In this document: in pieces, positions 49,474 to 63,737 of the stretch | How positions within the stretch are numbered: position 1 is the stretch's first letter | How the letters are laid out: every line of letters begins with the position of its first letter | Assembly: GCF_001194135.2 (NCBI RefSeq) | Contig: NC_068981.1 | Location: 93,476,676 to 93,540,455 of the forward strand | Direction: 5' to 3' | Length of the DNA: 63,780 bases | Source of the DNA: Octopus bimaculoides | Lineage: Eukaryota | Position numbers and translations under genes: made by a program | Notes under the pieces: generated by a model | Database searches by the model: none | What the model was told of the DNA's origin: nothing | What the model saw: the letters and a program-made list of their open reading frames with translations, nothing else

Positions 49474-51807
49474 ATGCATGTATGTATGTATGTATGTATG
49501 TATGCATGCATGTATGTATGCATGCATGTATGTATGCATGTACATTCCAACTATTAGTGGAATGAGACAGGTGTTCTATGCATCACGTGATGCAGAGCTA
49601 CATAATTTATAATCTATCCCTCTCTACGATTCGCTGATCGTTTTTACCTTATAGAATATTACTGGAAGATAACCCAGTTTAACTTTGCGAAGGAAGCTTA
49701 GATTTTTCGAAGATGAGCTCAAGTAAAAAGAAAAGAGAAAGGCAAAAATAAAATCAAAGAAAAAGGGAAATTTTCTTAGATTGATAATGACCTAGAAACA
49801 GATATTCTATTGTGTTTTTTTTTTAGCTAAACTTCCTTTGAGTGCTTTGAAAGGAACTCCTAACAGTAATAGCTTTGTAAATTGCAATACAGTATCTGTG
49901 ACCTATAATGACAGCAACAGTAACTTAACAAGCAACACTTTCTTTAAGATTCACCTTGAAAGAAATGATAACATGGCTAATATTTGGAATAGCCCACTAC
50001 CAACGTAACCCTCAACAGAGCTAGCAATCCATGTATAATTAGTGCAAATAATCCCACCCCAGACAATACCCCTTATTTATAACATTGTATGTAGATGTAC
50101 AGTTATTTTCAGCGATACTCGCAAAGACTGCTTAAGTCTTGCAAGAAATAAATTCGAAGAGACGATACCACAACCATACTCGAGGAAATACTGCATGACT
50201 CTCCAGTTACCTACGGTGACTTTAAAAAACAGGATGCACTAAATTCTCCAATAAAAGATCCTAGCAAGGGCATCGTTATACATGGTTAACTGAAAATCGC
50301 ACAGCATGTTTCCGGACGAAGCGACAGAAATTAATTCTGCTAAGATACCACCCCTAATACGAAAAATTCAAGAAAGTGACTGCCTGCAGGTACAAGATTT
50401 ATAAAACCCAACTTAACTATAGACTGATCCAGAAGCTCACAGTTTAAAACACCAAGAGCTCACACAAAGAGCGGGAATGTATTATATCTACATGTAGGCC
50501 TAACTATTAACACAATCCATTTTAATAATTTTTTTCCACCATCTTACATTTCCATCTAACCTGTTCTTATTCGAATTATTCTTATTAGTTAGAACTTCCA
50601 TATCGTCCCTTTCGTTACCGCTGCACTATTCTCTCGTAATCATTTGACATCCTTACATACTACTCCTCTTACCATAATAAGAAACAGAGAGTAGAATACG
50701 CTTGTGTTGTGGATCCTCTTAACCAATTACACACAATGGAATTCCACAGCTTATATATTTACTAGTTATCCGCAGTAACTAAATCTTGGTCACTACTCTA
50801 AACTGCACATGGGAGTGGGACCCTGGTTCAAGAGACCCAGGATTTTTGAGGAGAATGCAATCGCCTCTTAGCCACTATTGTTCCCAGGTCTATTTTGATA
50901 TGGAGTAGTAGCACCTGTCAGGGTTCCAGCAATGGGTTAATTAGAATATTAGGGCTTGCCTACATATGCATGTGAAGATTAGATGCAGGAGATACTGTTG
51001 AAGAAATCTTCCTGGTTCGACGAAGTGGGGGACAGTTGCAACGACTTATTGTGGAGTTCAGAAAGCAAGATAAGACAAGTAAGACATCTTGATTACCCAC
51101 GTCATCAGTCTCCCTTTCCACTCATCTGAACCACGTCTTACCACTGTATGGAAAATGGTCACATGCGAGGGAGTGAGGCTGACGGTACGCAGCTCTACTT
51201 TAAACAAAGTCACCGCACAAATCATCAGTCATCCTTAAATGACTAAATGGTCTTCGTCGCTCTGACAGTTGAAAATAAGTTATCCATAAAATCCACTGCA
51301 CAATTTATCCTTACATGCCCCTCTACTTACATTATTACATCCACCAAATCAACCTATATATTTCCATAGCTTGAAATCATGAGCCACATCAAATCTACTA
51401 CACCAAACGGCCAATGCTTCTTGATACCAGCAATTATCTCATGGAACTTTAGATTTATTATGGCTTATAGCCACTTCATTTCTCAGAGTTTTACCCATTG
51501 TTTTTAATATTTTTACAAATACACACACACACACTTACGCACACACACATGCACACACACACGCACGCGTTTATTTACTGTTTATTTAGTCTGATATAAA
51601 TATATACATAGAAATGTTTATACATACATACATACATACATACAAACATAATACATACATACATACATACAAACATAATACATACATACATACATACATA
51701 CAAACATAATACATACATACATACATACATACATACAAACATAATACATACATACATACATACATACATACATACAAACATAATACATACATACATACAT
51801 ACATACA

Positions 51808-51962
51808 TACGAGGTGTATAAAAAGTGCCTGACTTGAAGGGCATCGCGAAGACCTGGTTGGAGGCCCAACCATCCTAGTTCTTTTACAGGGCTCAGACAA
51901 ACTGAAGGAATGCAGCAATAAGTGTGTTAATCTGAGAAGGCAATATGTTACATAAAATCATA
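51808..51962 (+). mobile_element. Short mariner-derived MITE (same family as 25593-25915)
   Basis: tacgaggtgtataaaaagtgcctg...aataagtgtgttaatctgagaaggcaatatgtt. Confidence 0.65.
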
Positions 51963-52759
51963 ATTAATGGATTCTCCCTCGTAAATGTGTGTGTGTGTAT
52001 GTGCGCGAGCGTGTGTTCATGTATGTATGTGTGTGGATGTATGTGACTATGTATGTATCTATGTAAATCCTAACTCTGGGATGAGAATTTTCTCTTCAAC
52101 CCTGCGGAATGAAAACTGCGTTGAATTAATATACCGAATCATTCGATACCGCTTCTCTAGATTTATCGTGCCAATATATCGGGATTTTCTATGAATCTGA
52201 TATGCTGTCGAAGTCTTCTTTTGGCTAATTGATCTACGTTTATACTGAACACAAAATCTCAGAAAAAATTCTTTTGCCCAGTTTTTTGTGTTCTTAAAGA
52301 ATGTTCCTTTATATTTATTCACTGTTTGGTTTGGCATACCTGTTCTTTACATGCATGAATTTTCCATTCGAAAGGCTTTCTGCTTCTTTGCAAATATGTA
52401 TTAGGCTCCAGAATAGTCAACGTCGGTTCCGTATGCTCAACTGTATCTGTCGATTTCTTTTACAGTTACATTGTTTGAGTATTTGATTATTTTTTTACAT
52501 CTAGTATCTGTAGATTATTATTCCTCTTAATCCTTTCGTATAGCATATTTTATGAACACCATTCTGTTCATATTTTCTTTTCTTTCACAGACACTATAAC
52601 TTCTTTAGTATCTGCACGCTAATCTCCTAATATTTTGTTAACTTTCTACATTAGTTATTCAAATCACTGTGTGCATAATTTATTACTCCTAAGTCATCAT
52701 CACAATAGGTATTACTATTATTATTATTATTATTGTTATTATTATCATTATTATTATTA

Positions 52760-52821
<62 letters not shown>

Positions 52822-52822
52822 G

Positions 52823-52927
52823 GTGTGACTTTTGCTTTGTTAGGCTCCAAGTCTCACCCAGAGACCTCAAGATTCAACAAGTTAGAAATTCATGTTGGTG
52901 TTATGTCTTGGGCGTCATATATTTGGT
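52823..52927 (-). mobile_element. 5'-truncated R4/Dong 3' UTR inserted within an (ATT)n tract
   Basis: tgaggtctctgggtgagacttgga matches Dong 3' ends at 55518 and 55632; (ATT)n on both sides. Confidence 0.7.
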
Positions 52928-52956
52928 TATTATTATTATTATCATTATTATTATTG

Positions 52957-53038
<82 letters not shown>

Positions 53039-53879
53039 TGTCATGACCATCGCCATCACCATGATTATTATCATCAACATCATAATATTAATGATAATCA
53101 ATTCTACATTTGTCATAAAGTCAACAATTTTGAAGGGAATGGGGAAGTCGTTTACATAGGCTTCTGTATTCAACTGGCACGTTTGTTAAGAGACTCTGAA
53201 TATCTTAAAGAGCAAATATGGAATAAAATCTGTGTTGAAGATCTCAAGATTTCATTGAGAAAATCAAGCAAATGCAAATCACCTCAGAAAGATAAAATTT
53301 TTAACATTTTGCTTAATACTTTCCCTGGATCTCATGGGAAACTAATCCACTTCTACCAATAGTATTATGCAAAACCCCAGGGAAATACCTCTCTAAATGG
53401 TAAATGGAGTAACATACTCTCCAAAAACTTCGAAACTAATACCCACGAAAACCACCGACCAAATACATGTATTACAAGCATGTACAAAACCCTAACACAC
53501 ATTGTAACTGAATAACATCCAGCATACCAAATATAACAAGATATTCCCCAGTGAACAAAAGCTATGAAGATGAGACTCGTATGGTGGTAAAGATCACCTT
53601 TTAGTCAATAAATTGGTTCTTAAAGACTTCCACAAACGACGCAAAATTTTTCTACTTCATGAATTGATGACAAAAAAGCGTTTGAAAGTCTTCCACATAA
53701 CTCGATTGAGAACTGCTTGGAAATATATACAGTCGCCCCAGTTACTGGTAATTTTCTGCTGAACAGTATGAAATAATAGAAAAACATTACTAAACTGAAT
53801 TTAGAGACAGGTATTATGGATGCCAATAATGTCGACATAAACTGCAGCATTTTTCGAGGCGTATTCTGTATCACCACGA

Positions 53880-55580
53880 CTCTTTTGCGTGGATCTCACT
53901 TCCCTTAGTAAGCTATTGAATGACACAAAACATGGGTACAATCAATCGCCTCGTTTACATGGATGTTGTAGAGCTTTCATGGAATAGTGTTCGGTCTTGA
54001 TAAATGTACTAGAACCACACATTTTAAAGGAAAACTCTTGAAAAGAAACAACATACAGATAGACAAGTCTACCGTCATCAAGGAATTAGATTTTGAGGAT
54101 AAAAAGATTGCGAGTATATAGGTGTTTGTGAAAAGGGTAGCGCCCAGTATCCACAAATGAGTGAAAAAATACGGAAGCAAAGTTATCGTAGAGCTGACCC
54201 ATAACGAGAAAGCGGAACAGGATTGATACAACTTACTAGCTATATGTGTTGTAAACCTACTGCTTTAACATATAAAATAATCCATCGGTGAGATGAGTGA
54301 AGTTGATACAATACGCAGGCTCCTCACAATGCATCACATGTATCACCCAAAGGCAGATGCAGATAGACTATACATTCCGCGAAAGAATACAGGACTTGAA
54401 CTGATGCACATGCAACTGTCTCCAAAGAGGGCAACCCTAAATGTAGACGCCTATCTAAAAAATACGAAAGATTGAATGCATAAAGTAGTCAATATCAAAA
54501 GCAAAGAAGTACCTAGAGAATTTGGCGATAAACGAGACTAAGCCGCAACCAGATGCAACGGGAGAACCCAGTGTGAAAGCAGAAGAGATAAAAGCACAAG
54601 CCAAATCAAATAGAAAGTGTGCTGCGAAATACATGGAAAATTAAGGCATTGTATGACGAGCGCTCGTGATGTAAATACAAATATGACCCATCAATGATTT
54701 TCTGCATCAATGATTGGCTGCATGAGGCTTCCTTATAGTAGCATAGAGTCAGTGTCTGCCCACCAGAAACTACTAGCAGGTATTCGTCAAAACAGTGCTG
54801 ATCTTTTCTACTGCTTTTATGTTACAGCCAGCTAGGGAAACAATTGACCACCTCACATCTAGATACTCTACGCTAGCTTCAAATGAATATATTAATCGCT
54901 ATGATAGACTTCACCAGTATTCGCACTCGGTCAAACGCCGTAAGTCTGGACTTCTTTTTGGGAAGAAATGGTGGGAACATAAGCTTACTAAAGTAGAAGA
55001 GAATATTATAATACCGTTCTTTACGACTGTAATACTCAAACTGATCGTGTTATACAGACCAATTGATTAGATATTGTGGTAAAAAGCACGTTGAAAAAAC
55101 ATGTCTGTTCATAGATAAGTCAACCCAGCAGACTGCAACACTTCTGTAAATACATTTGTAAAGATAAGTATATATAAGAACCTTGAAATAGAGGTCTCAA
55201 AAATGTGGCTTCTAAGAACAACAACTGCACCTGTGACCATTGGGGCTTTGTGGACGATACCAAACGGTGCTCTTAAAAACTATGGTCATACACCAGAAAA
55301 CCCCAAGACATTTGAACTACAAAAACTTGTACTCATGGCTACTGTCTATATTCTAACAAAAACCATGTCAACTTGAAATTATATGATTCTCTCAAAACTC
55401 TTTGAAAAATGAAATATTGCAGATCTAACAGAATCTTAATTCTCAGATCCTCGTCTCCTACTCGCAAACTGCTAATCATAAATAACACTCACAATAAAAT
55501 GTGCAACTTGCTATTATTTGAGGTCTCTGAATGATACCTGGAACACTCCTATAGAACAAAACAACAATAGCGTTAATAAT
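53880..55580 (+). pseudogene. R4/Dong LINE 3' half (RT end, CCHC finger, REL endonuclease, 3' UTR)
   Basis: LVYMD, MHHMYHPKADADRLYIPRK, ETIDHLTS...EYINRYD, KWWEH, LDIVV, PVTIGALWT; (TAA)n tail. Confidence 0.85.
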
Positions 55581-55699
55581 AATCCCGAATTTAGTTATGG
55601 TTCTTTATGAGTTCAAATTCAACTGGGAATTTGTGGTCTCTGGGTGAGACTTGGAACACCTCCTCTAGAACAAAACAACAACAGCGTTAATAATAATAC

Positions 55700-56340
55700 T
55701 AATAATTTAGTTGTGGTTCTTTATGATTTCAAATTCCGCCGGGACCAAAATCGCCATCATCGTTCCAGCGTCCATAAATATCACCTGATAAATTGCTGGG
55801 TCGATTTAATCAATTACTTCTTTCACCCAAATTACCTTTGTGCCTATGTTAGAAACAATTACTATTATTACTTCCATTAACTAAAATCTATGGAATGGCA
55901 GAATTTTCACAACGTATTACTCCTCACGGTATCTTTTGTTTTAGCTCCTTACGTTCTGATTTCAAAACCCGCTGACGTCATCATTGCTTTACAACCCACA
56001 AAGAAAGATAAAATAAAATACTTGTACATGACGGCGCGTTGCGTGTACTTATGAAAAAAATGTTTTCGTTATTGTAAATTTATCATGACTGCGAGCTGGC
56101 ACATCAGAGAATAATTCTAAGCGGAATTTCTCCCGACACTTAAATAAGGCGGCGAGCTAGCAGAATTCTTAGCACACGGAACAAAACGCATCTCATCTGT
56201 CTTATGCTCTGAGTTCAAACGCTGTCGAGATTCGTGTTTTCATACTTTCGGGATCGATAAAAATAAGTGCCAGCTGCGTACAAGTGTCGATGTAATCGAC
56301 TTACTCCCATCCCTGGACTTGTGTAGAAATTTGAAACTAT
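55700..56340 (+). mobile_element. Cluster of degenerate Nin-domain-type SINE fragments
   Basis: Repeated ttcaaattccgcc / gataaa...gt(a/g)ccag motifs. Confidence 0.6.
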
Positions 56341-57574
56341 AATTATAAATTTAACAGGATTATTATTATTATCAGTAAAATTAGTATTTTTGGCATTATT
56401 ACCATACTCATTATCATTATCTCCATTTGTAATTATACTGCATATAGTTTATGTATGTAATTAATACACTCATAAAAATGGGTATCAGTTAATGATAATA
56501 GACAGTTTCCATCTTTCAAAGAGATGTAAGAATAAAAATTACTACTGCATCACAATTTTGATTTTTAATAATATACATATGATCACGACTATAATTTAAA
56601 AGTAGCTATCACAAATCTCCTCACTACGTCCAATACTTTTAGCATATAATTACACACTTTTATGATTTCTTAATCCATTCGCATATTAAAAACTATTCTA
56701 TAATTATGCTTCCCTTCTCTATTGATATATTGCTGAAAGATACTTTCATTTCTGAATTTAGTTTCTCTTTTCAGTCCAGTAATTAAATAAATACATACAC
56801 GTACAAAGATACACTCATAAAGACATATATATATTCATAGACACATGCACACACACACATACACACACACACACACACATATANNNNNNNNNNNNNNNNN
56901 NNNNNNNNNNNNNNNNNNNNNNNNNNNNNNNNNNNNNNNNNNNNNNNNNNNNNNNNNNNNNNNNNNNNNNNNNNNNNNNNNNNNNNNNNNNNNNNNNNNN
57001 NNNNNNNNNNNNNNNNNNNNNNNNNNNNNNNNNNNNNNNNNNNNNNNNNNNNNNNNNNNNNNNNNNNNNNNNNNNNNNNNNNNNNNNNNNNNNNNNNNNN
57101 NNNNNNNNNNNNNNNNNNNNNNNNNNNNNNNNNNNNNNNNNNNNNNNNNNNNNNNNNNNNNNNNNNNNNNNNNNNNNNNNNNNNNNNNNNNNNNNNNNNN
57201 NNNNNNNNNNNNNNNNNNNNNNNNNNNNNNNNNNNNNNNNNNNNNNNNNNNNNNNNNNNNNNNNNNNNNNNNNNNNNNNNNNNNNNNNNNNNNNNNNNNN
57301 NNNNNNNNNNNNNNNNNNNNNNNNNNNNNNNNNNNNNNNNNNNNNNNNNNNNNNNNNNNNNNNNNNNNNNNNNNNNNNNNNNNNNNNNNNNNNNNNNNNN
57401 NNNNNNNNNNNNNNNNNNNNNNNNNNNNNNNNNNNNNNNNNNNNNNNNNNNNNNNNNNNNNNNNNNNNNNNNNNNNNNNNNNNNNNNNNNNNNNNNNNNN
57501 NNNNNNNNNNNNNNNNNNNNNNNNNNNNNNNNNNNNNNNNNNNNNNNNNNNNNNNNNNNNNNNNNNNNNNNNNN

Positions 57575-57648
<74 letters not shown>

Positions 57649-57886
57649 GTGCGTGTGAACACAGTATATTAAACTACCAACCAGCTATTATTACTAGTTT
57701 GTTATAATTAGTCATTTATACTATAGGTTCAAGGCCTAAAATTACGAGGGAGGGAGCTAGTTGTTTACATCGATCCCAGTACGCTAGATCAATCACAGTA
57801 CATAATATCGTTCCCAGTACACAATATCAGAATGATGAAAGCATCAAAGATATTTCCGTCTATTAACAGCAAATTATACTTATAGA

Positions 57887-58257
57887 GTGGAGGCGCAATG
57901 GCCCAGTGGTTAGGGCAGCGGACTCGCGGTCAAAAGATCGCGGTTTCGATTCCCAGGCCGGGCGTTATGAGTGTTTATTGAACGAAAACACCTAAAGTTC
58001 CAGGAGGCTCCGGCAGGGGATGGTGGCGAACCCTGCTGTACTCTTTCTCTCACTCTTACTTCCTATTTTTGTTGTACCTGTAATTCAAAGGGTCAGCCTT
58101 GTCACACTGTGTCACGCTGAATATCCCCGAGAACTACGTTAAGGGTACACGTGTCTGTGAAGTGCTCAGCCACTTTCACGTTAATTTCACGAGCAGGCTG
58201 CTCCGTTGATCAGATCATCTGGAACCCTTGTCGTCGTAAGCGACGGAGTGCCAACAA
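57887..58257 (+). mobile_element. Young OR-like tRNA-derived SINE
   Basis: Near-identical to 37192-37590. Confidence 0.9.
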
Positions 58258-58434
58258 TCTTATTACTTGATACTTTTCATCACTAAATTGGTGACTGAGT
58301 TACTCAGGTAGCAATATCAATGTTTCTTTTTGGCTCCTCTGAAGCGTTTCTAGAACCTATATGGCACAATATTTATCGTCTCTGAGCGTTGAAAGCCTTG
58401 ACCTCACTTGGATTTGAACTCAGAGTTCAGAAAG

Positions 58435-58559
58435 TAGTAGTTTTAGTAGTAGTAGTAGTAGTAGTTGTTGTTGTTGTTGTTGTTGTTGTTGTTATCCCTT
58501 TCCCCGAAATTGCTGACCTGCTAAAATTTGAAACCATGAGTACTATTATTATTATTATT

Positions 58560-58601
<42 letters not shown>

Positions 58602-58608
58602 ATTATTA

Positions 58609-58648
<40 letters not shown>
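58435..58648. repeat. Compound (TAG)n(GTT)n ... (ATT)n(GTT)n(ATT)n trinucleotide repeats
   Basis: Direct reading. Confidence 0.95.
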
Positions 58649-60249
58649 TCCTAAAACGGAACAAAATTTTAATTAAGTCACAAGTTCAGGAAAATATTAG
58701 AATTAAGAAAATATGTTTCCATATATTCTGTACTCTGCTTATAGCGTGCAATTTCCTGGGAAAACAGAAATGATATCGAGATAGCAAGGCTGCGTAGGTG
58801 CTGAAAGATAATCTAGTTCTCTCTAGAGTCTCTTATCTTTCGTCACCAAGTATTCTTTGATAACACTGTAAGAAGTCTATTTGATCTCTATGTAGTCTGT
58901 TGGCGGTAGGCAATCTTGAAAACGTCATCTCAAACAACAGTATAGATGCAAAGAACGGTATGGTTAACGTTGTTGAAAGAATTGATATTTGCCACGAGTA
59001 TCATGTGTTGTCTACCGTTTCCATAGAAATATAATCCATTTTCTGAAAGACAGGACAGAGAAGCAGGCTTTCAGCGATCTTTAGTTTGATCTTCTAGTAT
59101 TGATTGTTCACTGGAACCTTTTCTTGTGTACCTGAAGATGGATACTGCAAAAACATGTTAATGGCTCTCTTAGAAAGGGAGCGGGCATTATTCGAAGATC
59201 CTGATACAGGAGTTACAAAAAGCTGATATGGCCGTTGAAAAATCAACTTTTCTTTGAGGTTTCGTCAAATTCGTCCCTTTAATCAATAAAACTACAAGTT
59301 AACCATGTAGACTTGAGGGATACTTATGGTCTCGTTCTCCATGTAACAACATTTGTCCGTACTACGTCGCAAAGATAACAAGGAGTCAATGCTCCACATA
59401 TCCAATAATGTACTTGGCCATATTCTTTATACTTCTACTGTCGATACATAATGGCAGCATAACGTAGGAAAACTTGCAATGGACGACACCTTCTTCCCTT
59501 CTGTCTTCAACCTCAATATTAAATACCAGGTAAAGCCTCCATCTAACTTGCAACTTCGAAGAGCTTGCATTATGTCACTAATTTACCAGGATATTTACTA
59601 ATTCATCATTCGATAGCATATGGAAGACATTTCCATTTTATTTATCCATTTATCTCGTGAAATAAATTGGCATCACCTTCTACTTAGCAATATCTGGAAT
59701 AGAATCTTTGGGTAAAGCGACACTTTCTTTTTAAGCGCATCTATATCACGTGCTTTCTATTTCATGGAACTCGTTCCAACCCATCATCTCGCTTTGACTT
59801 GCATCACTAGCAAAGCTTATGCAGTTGCTGGTGCTGCTCTCACCTTTCTTTCTTTTCTTTTTTTTTCTTGTATACGGTCTTTGTTAGTGAAGGGAGCGTT
59901 TACACTACCTTTATTTTCTACTTTTCAAATTGTAGCGGAAGATCTATCGGAAACAAGACTTGTTTAGATCCACTTCGATTTTAGTTGGTGAACTGGTTGA
60001 AAAAATAGAGACGAAACCAGGTGGATAGAAGGAGCCATGCTAGTAGTGGAAATCTTAAGTTGTTTGATCTTGCCTGGTTGAACTTCCTCCTCTCTTGGGC
60101 CCCCGTCTCTCCTACTTTCTTCTCGGACTTTTGGTCCCTCACCTTAGCCACTTGACCATCACTCCACTCGGATTACGATTGGAACTTTACACTTTTCGGA
60201 CTCTAACATCATGTATCTTACTGTAAACTATTGTTGATTTGTGACATTA

Positions 60250-61420
60250 AAACCTTGCGTAAAGGTCTGAGTCGCATAGAAGAATGGTCCAAAAGACAAT
60301 GGAAACATACAAAAATAAAGGTGTGAAGGCATATCTCGTAACAAAATACCACGCAGAAAACAAAGGATTCAAATTTTTATAGAAAACTTAAAATAGCGTA
60401 TTCAGGCAAAAGCATTGAAGGTACAACGCTACACTGAATGCATATTGCAGTTGCATCAAAACAAATTATTCACAAATAACCCGAGGGAAGTTTTTAAGAG
60501 TTTGGATGGAGACACAGAAGATAATATATCTCCTGAAACGGAGGAAACCCGCCAGTTTTGGAATAACATCTGGGATAAGATGCTTCCCACAGCCACGGTG
60601 CTGAGTGGATTAATCCTGTGAGATCTGAAATCCAGTAACTTGAGGCTACAAGGGAAGGTTATGAATCCATAACAAAAGAAAATGTAATTGCACAGGTTCG
60701 AAACTGCCAAAATAGAGAGCAGCGGGACCAGATGGAATCCAAGGCTACTGACTCAAGTCGTTTAAGTCAACACATGAACGAAATGATTTGCAACTAGTCG
60801 ACTGCCTACAGAAGTGTGTTATTCTGGAATGGATAGCGGAGGAAAAAACAACATTATTAACTAAAGATCGGTGAAACGGAAATGAGGTTGGCAATTACTG
60901 ACCAAATGCTTGTTTTAACCTCTTATTGAGAATATTAACAAGCATCCTCGCAAGGAAAATATATACGTTCCTTGCGGAAAACAATCTATTTCCAGTATAT
61001 CAAAATGTATTCCGGAAAGGATCCAAGAGTACCAAGGACCACCTTGGCAACTAACTTCTGCAGGGTGTGTGGGAAGAAGGTCGAAAACGTGACTCACATC
61101 TTTGGCGCTGGTGATAGTCTTACAAAGAAAGAGTACAAGCGCAGACACGACAAAGTAACCTTAAACCTTCACTGGCTGCTGTGTCAGAAGTATGGATGTG
61201 ACATGACAGGCGTTTGGTATTAACATACACCAGAAAAAGTTACGGACAAAAGCGGGAAGAAAAAGATTATCTGGGACTTTGACTTCCAGGCAGTCAAGAT
61301 ATTAGACCACCAAAGGCCGGCTATAGCAGCTTTTAAGAGGGACCAGCAAGAGTGCCTACGTGGTAGTTGCCTGGAGATCAACATGCTGTCATGAAAGAAA
61401 AAGAAAAGGCCAACAAATAT
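60250..61420 (+). pseudogene. R4/Dong LINE remnant lacking the RT core
   Basis: KVQRY..HQNKLF..PETEETRQFWNNIW; AAGPDGIQGY; then directly CRVCGKKVENVTHI..EYKRRHDKV, WDFDFQ, KEKANKY. Confidence 0.8.
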
Positions 61421-62619
61421 GGAAACCTGAGAATAATTCAATATTTTGCTGCAGCAGCCCATGTATACGTATAAAAAGTAATGCCAATCTTATACAAAAA
61501 TGTATGCAGCTATATAGACTTCATTAAATAAAAAATTGCAAACTACATAATGCAATATATTTAAATGTGTTACTTATTTCCACAAAAAATTCACAAAGTA
61601 ATTAAATGCGTATACATGCATGCATAGCACTGACTCCAAATACTTGCGCATATACAACATACATGTACCACTGCCCTGTTGATGATGTCGAAATTCCAGT
61701 GAAGTAACTTGGATCCAGGTTAGAAAACGGCTCTTACTTCACTGTTGAGTAATGTAGAAATAAAAATGAAAACAAGATATACGGTTGTAATTAAACCAAA
61801 TATAAACTAGACACATAACAACTAACAGGACCATAGAATATATGCTCGTGAGAAACCGCTACTTGATTTGATCAGGTCTCTCAATGATTTTTCATCGCTT
61901 TTCACTCCTGTGTACCCCGCTACTCATAACGCCTAGTTTCTAAAATGCTCATCAGGAAACCGGGTCTCTGTATGTATGAGGTTGATTTCCCATCTATGCC
62001 TATTACGTGATTTATTCCAGCAGTTTTCCCAATGCATCATCCACGTGTCACATGCATTCTTTTGCAAAACAAACATTATCTTTTCCCAGATGGCGTGTAA
62101 AATATCCATCACATGAGTGTTCGGTATACGAAACACAATACGCTTCTAACATTTTTTACGTGTAAAGGAGTTTTACTGCGTACATTCTACTCGCTTTCCT
62201 TTGGGATACAATCGTCGTTTTGGGTTCTTTCCCATTTTTCTAGTCTATCCACTGCCCTCGTCAATTTCCTCTCCTGTTCGTTCTCCATATCTTCTGCATT
62301 ATTGCAAGACAAAGAGGTCGCACGAATAATCGTGACCGGAGCAGACGACCCATGGATACTGTTTTCTCACATTGATGACGCAGTGATTTCTTTTACGATC
62401 CTAGTAATTGCAACTAGTGATGCTACTATTGGGGCTCTAAAATCAACAGTGTCAGTAATTTTCTGTTGTTGTTTCTTAGTTTGCAGACACTTATTGCTGT
62501 TTCCTTCTCTTTTTCTCTGCGTTTCTACATCTTTTGGGCAGAAATCTCACACGATTAACTTTCTTTCGCTAGTGAACAACTGGGATGTGAAATCTAAAAC
62601 ACCAGTTTAGATACCATTA

Positions 62620-63082
62620 CGTCTTTATTATATTTACGAAGAAACTACAAGGCTCCGGAACAGCTTTGTATTTTGACAATACTTTTATGATTTCTTTTCC
62701 ATACAAACACCTCTCGATAATATAATGTTTCAAATTGCGTTCGTGCTTACCACTAACCAGTGTAGAATTACAACGGTATGATGAACCAAGATTCAATGGA
62801 GGAAGAAAAAAACAACAAAGAAGCAAGATCATGTTAAACGAATGGATATCAAAACATTTGAAAACAAAGTCAGAAATATCAGGACCTAGCCAAAAAGACT
62901 AAGGGATTGTGGAGGACAAAGTTGAGAATTATGCGTGTCGTAATAGGTGCACTTAGCACATCTCCCAAATTGTTACTTAAGAGGAGGAATATTATTGGGG
63001 TTGAGACTCCCATTGTCTACCGGCAGAAAACAACTGTCCTGTATTCTGCAATAATCCTAATGAAGATTCTTGAGATTTGAAA
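62620..63082 (+). pseudogene. R4/Dong REL endonuclease C-terminus
   Basis: KYQDLAK..LWRT..RVVIGALST..QKTTVLYSAIILMKILEI*. Confidence 0.75.
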
Positions 63083-63737
63083 AGATTCCTTTTAACCAAA
63101 CCACAACACAGTCCCTGCTAATATAGCATATAATAGTTTTCATATTTATTAATTGTAATAGTTCTATTAACAGTACATGAGAAATATTGCGTTTTTAAAC
63201 TGCGTGCTTTTGTATTATAACTTACAGATTTTTATTCTTTCATTAAATGTAGTGTTTTATTTATAGAATTGAGGAACTTTTATGTCAGATATATACTGTA
63301 GTGCGCGAAAATGGAAATAGAATCCTTACTAAAGTGTAGCAGATCGATATATCTAGTAACATATACGATGACTGAACAAAGCGTATATGATATGAAGCCT
63401 AGAAATAATGTGCTACAAAACACACTTCTACATTTACGTAGATATTCGAATACTTTTAGCAAAACAGGGATGATTTGTTAACGTCGTGTTAGACAACAAT
63501 GTCGTACTGACAGAAACCATCACAAACGAATATTGCATGTTTATTTGATATTTCAGAAATGTTATCTGTCACAATGTGTCATTGCTGGACTAACATTTAG
63601 TTTTTACGACTCATTTATTCATATATGTCAATAGAGAAAACACTGGTTTTAAAATACAATGCATTTCTGTGGCTATTCTGACATGTTCCTTTTTTATATA
63701 TGATAGTTATATATAAATCTACTTATGTATACAGGTG

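Noticed and set aside
51630-51810. Regularly spaced repeat resembling a CRISPR or minisatellite array
   Set aside because: (TACA)n microsatellite with a recurring aacataa interruption; no unique spacers, eukaryotic context
52635-53362. Poly-Tyr/Ile/Leu ORFs
   Set aside because: Translations of (ATT)n microsatellites
59125-59165. CTGAAGA...AAAAACATGTT hammerhead-like motif
   Set aside because: G12 is absent and stems I and II do not pair
58780-60200. Possible LINE endonuclease/ORF1 relic on the minus strand
   Set aside because: Coding-like composition but no motif I could identify with confidence
62113-62610. 165-aa hydrophobic plus-strand ORF
   Set aside because: Likely the antisense shadow of a charged, stop-interrupted minus-strand relic (possibly a Dong N-terminus); no recognisable domain
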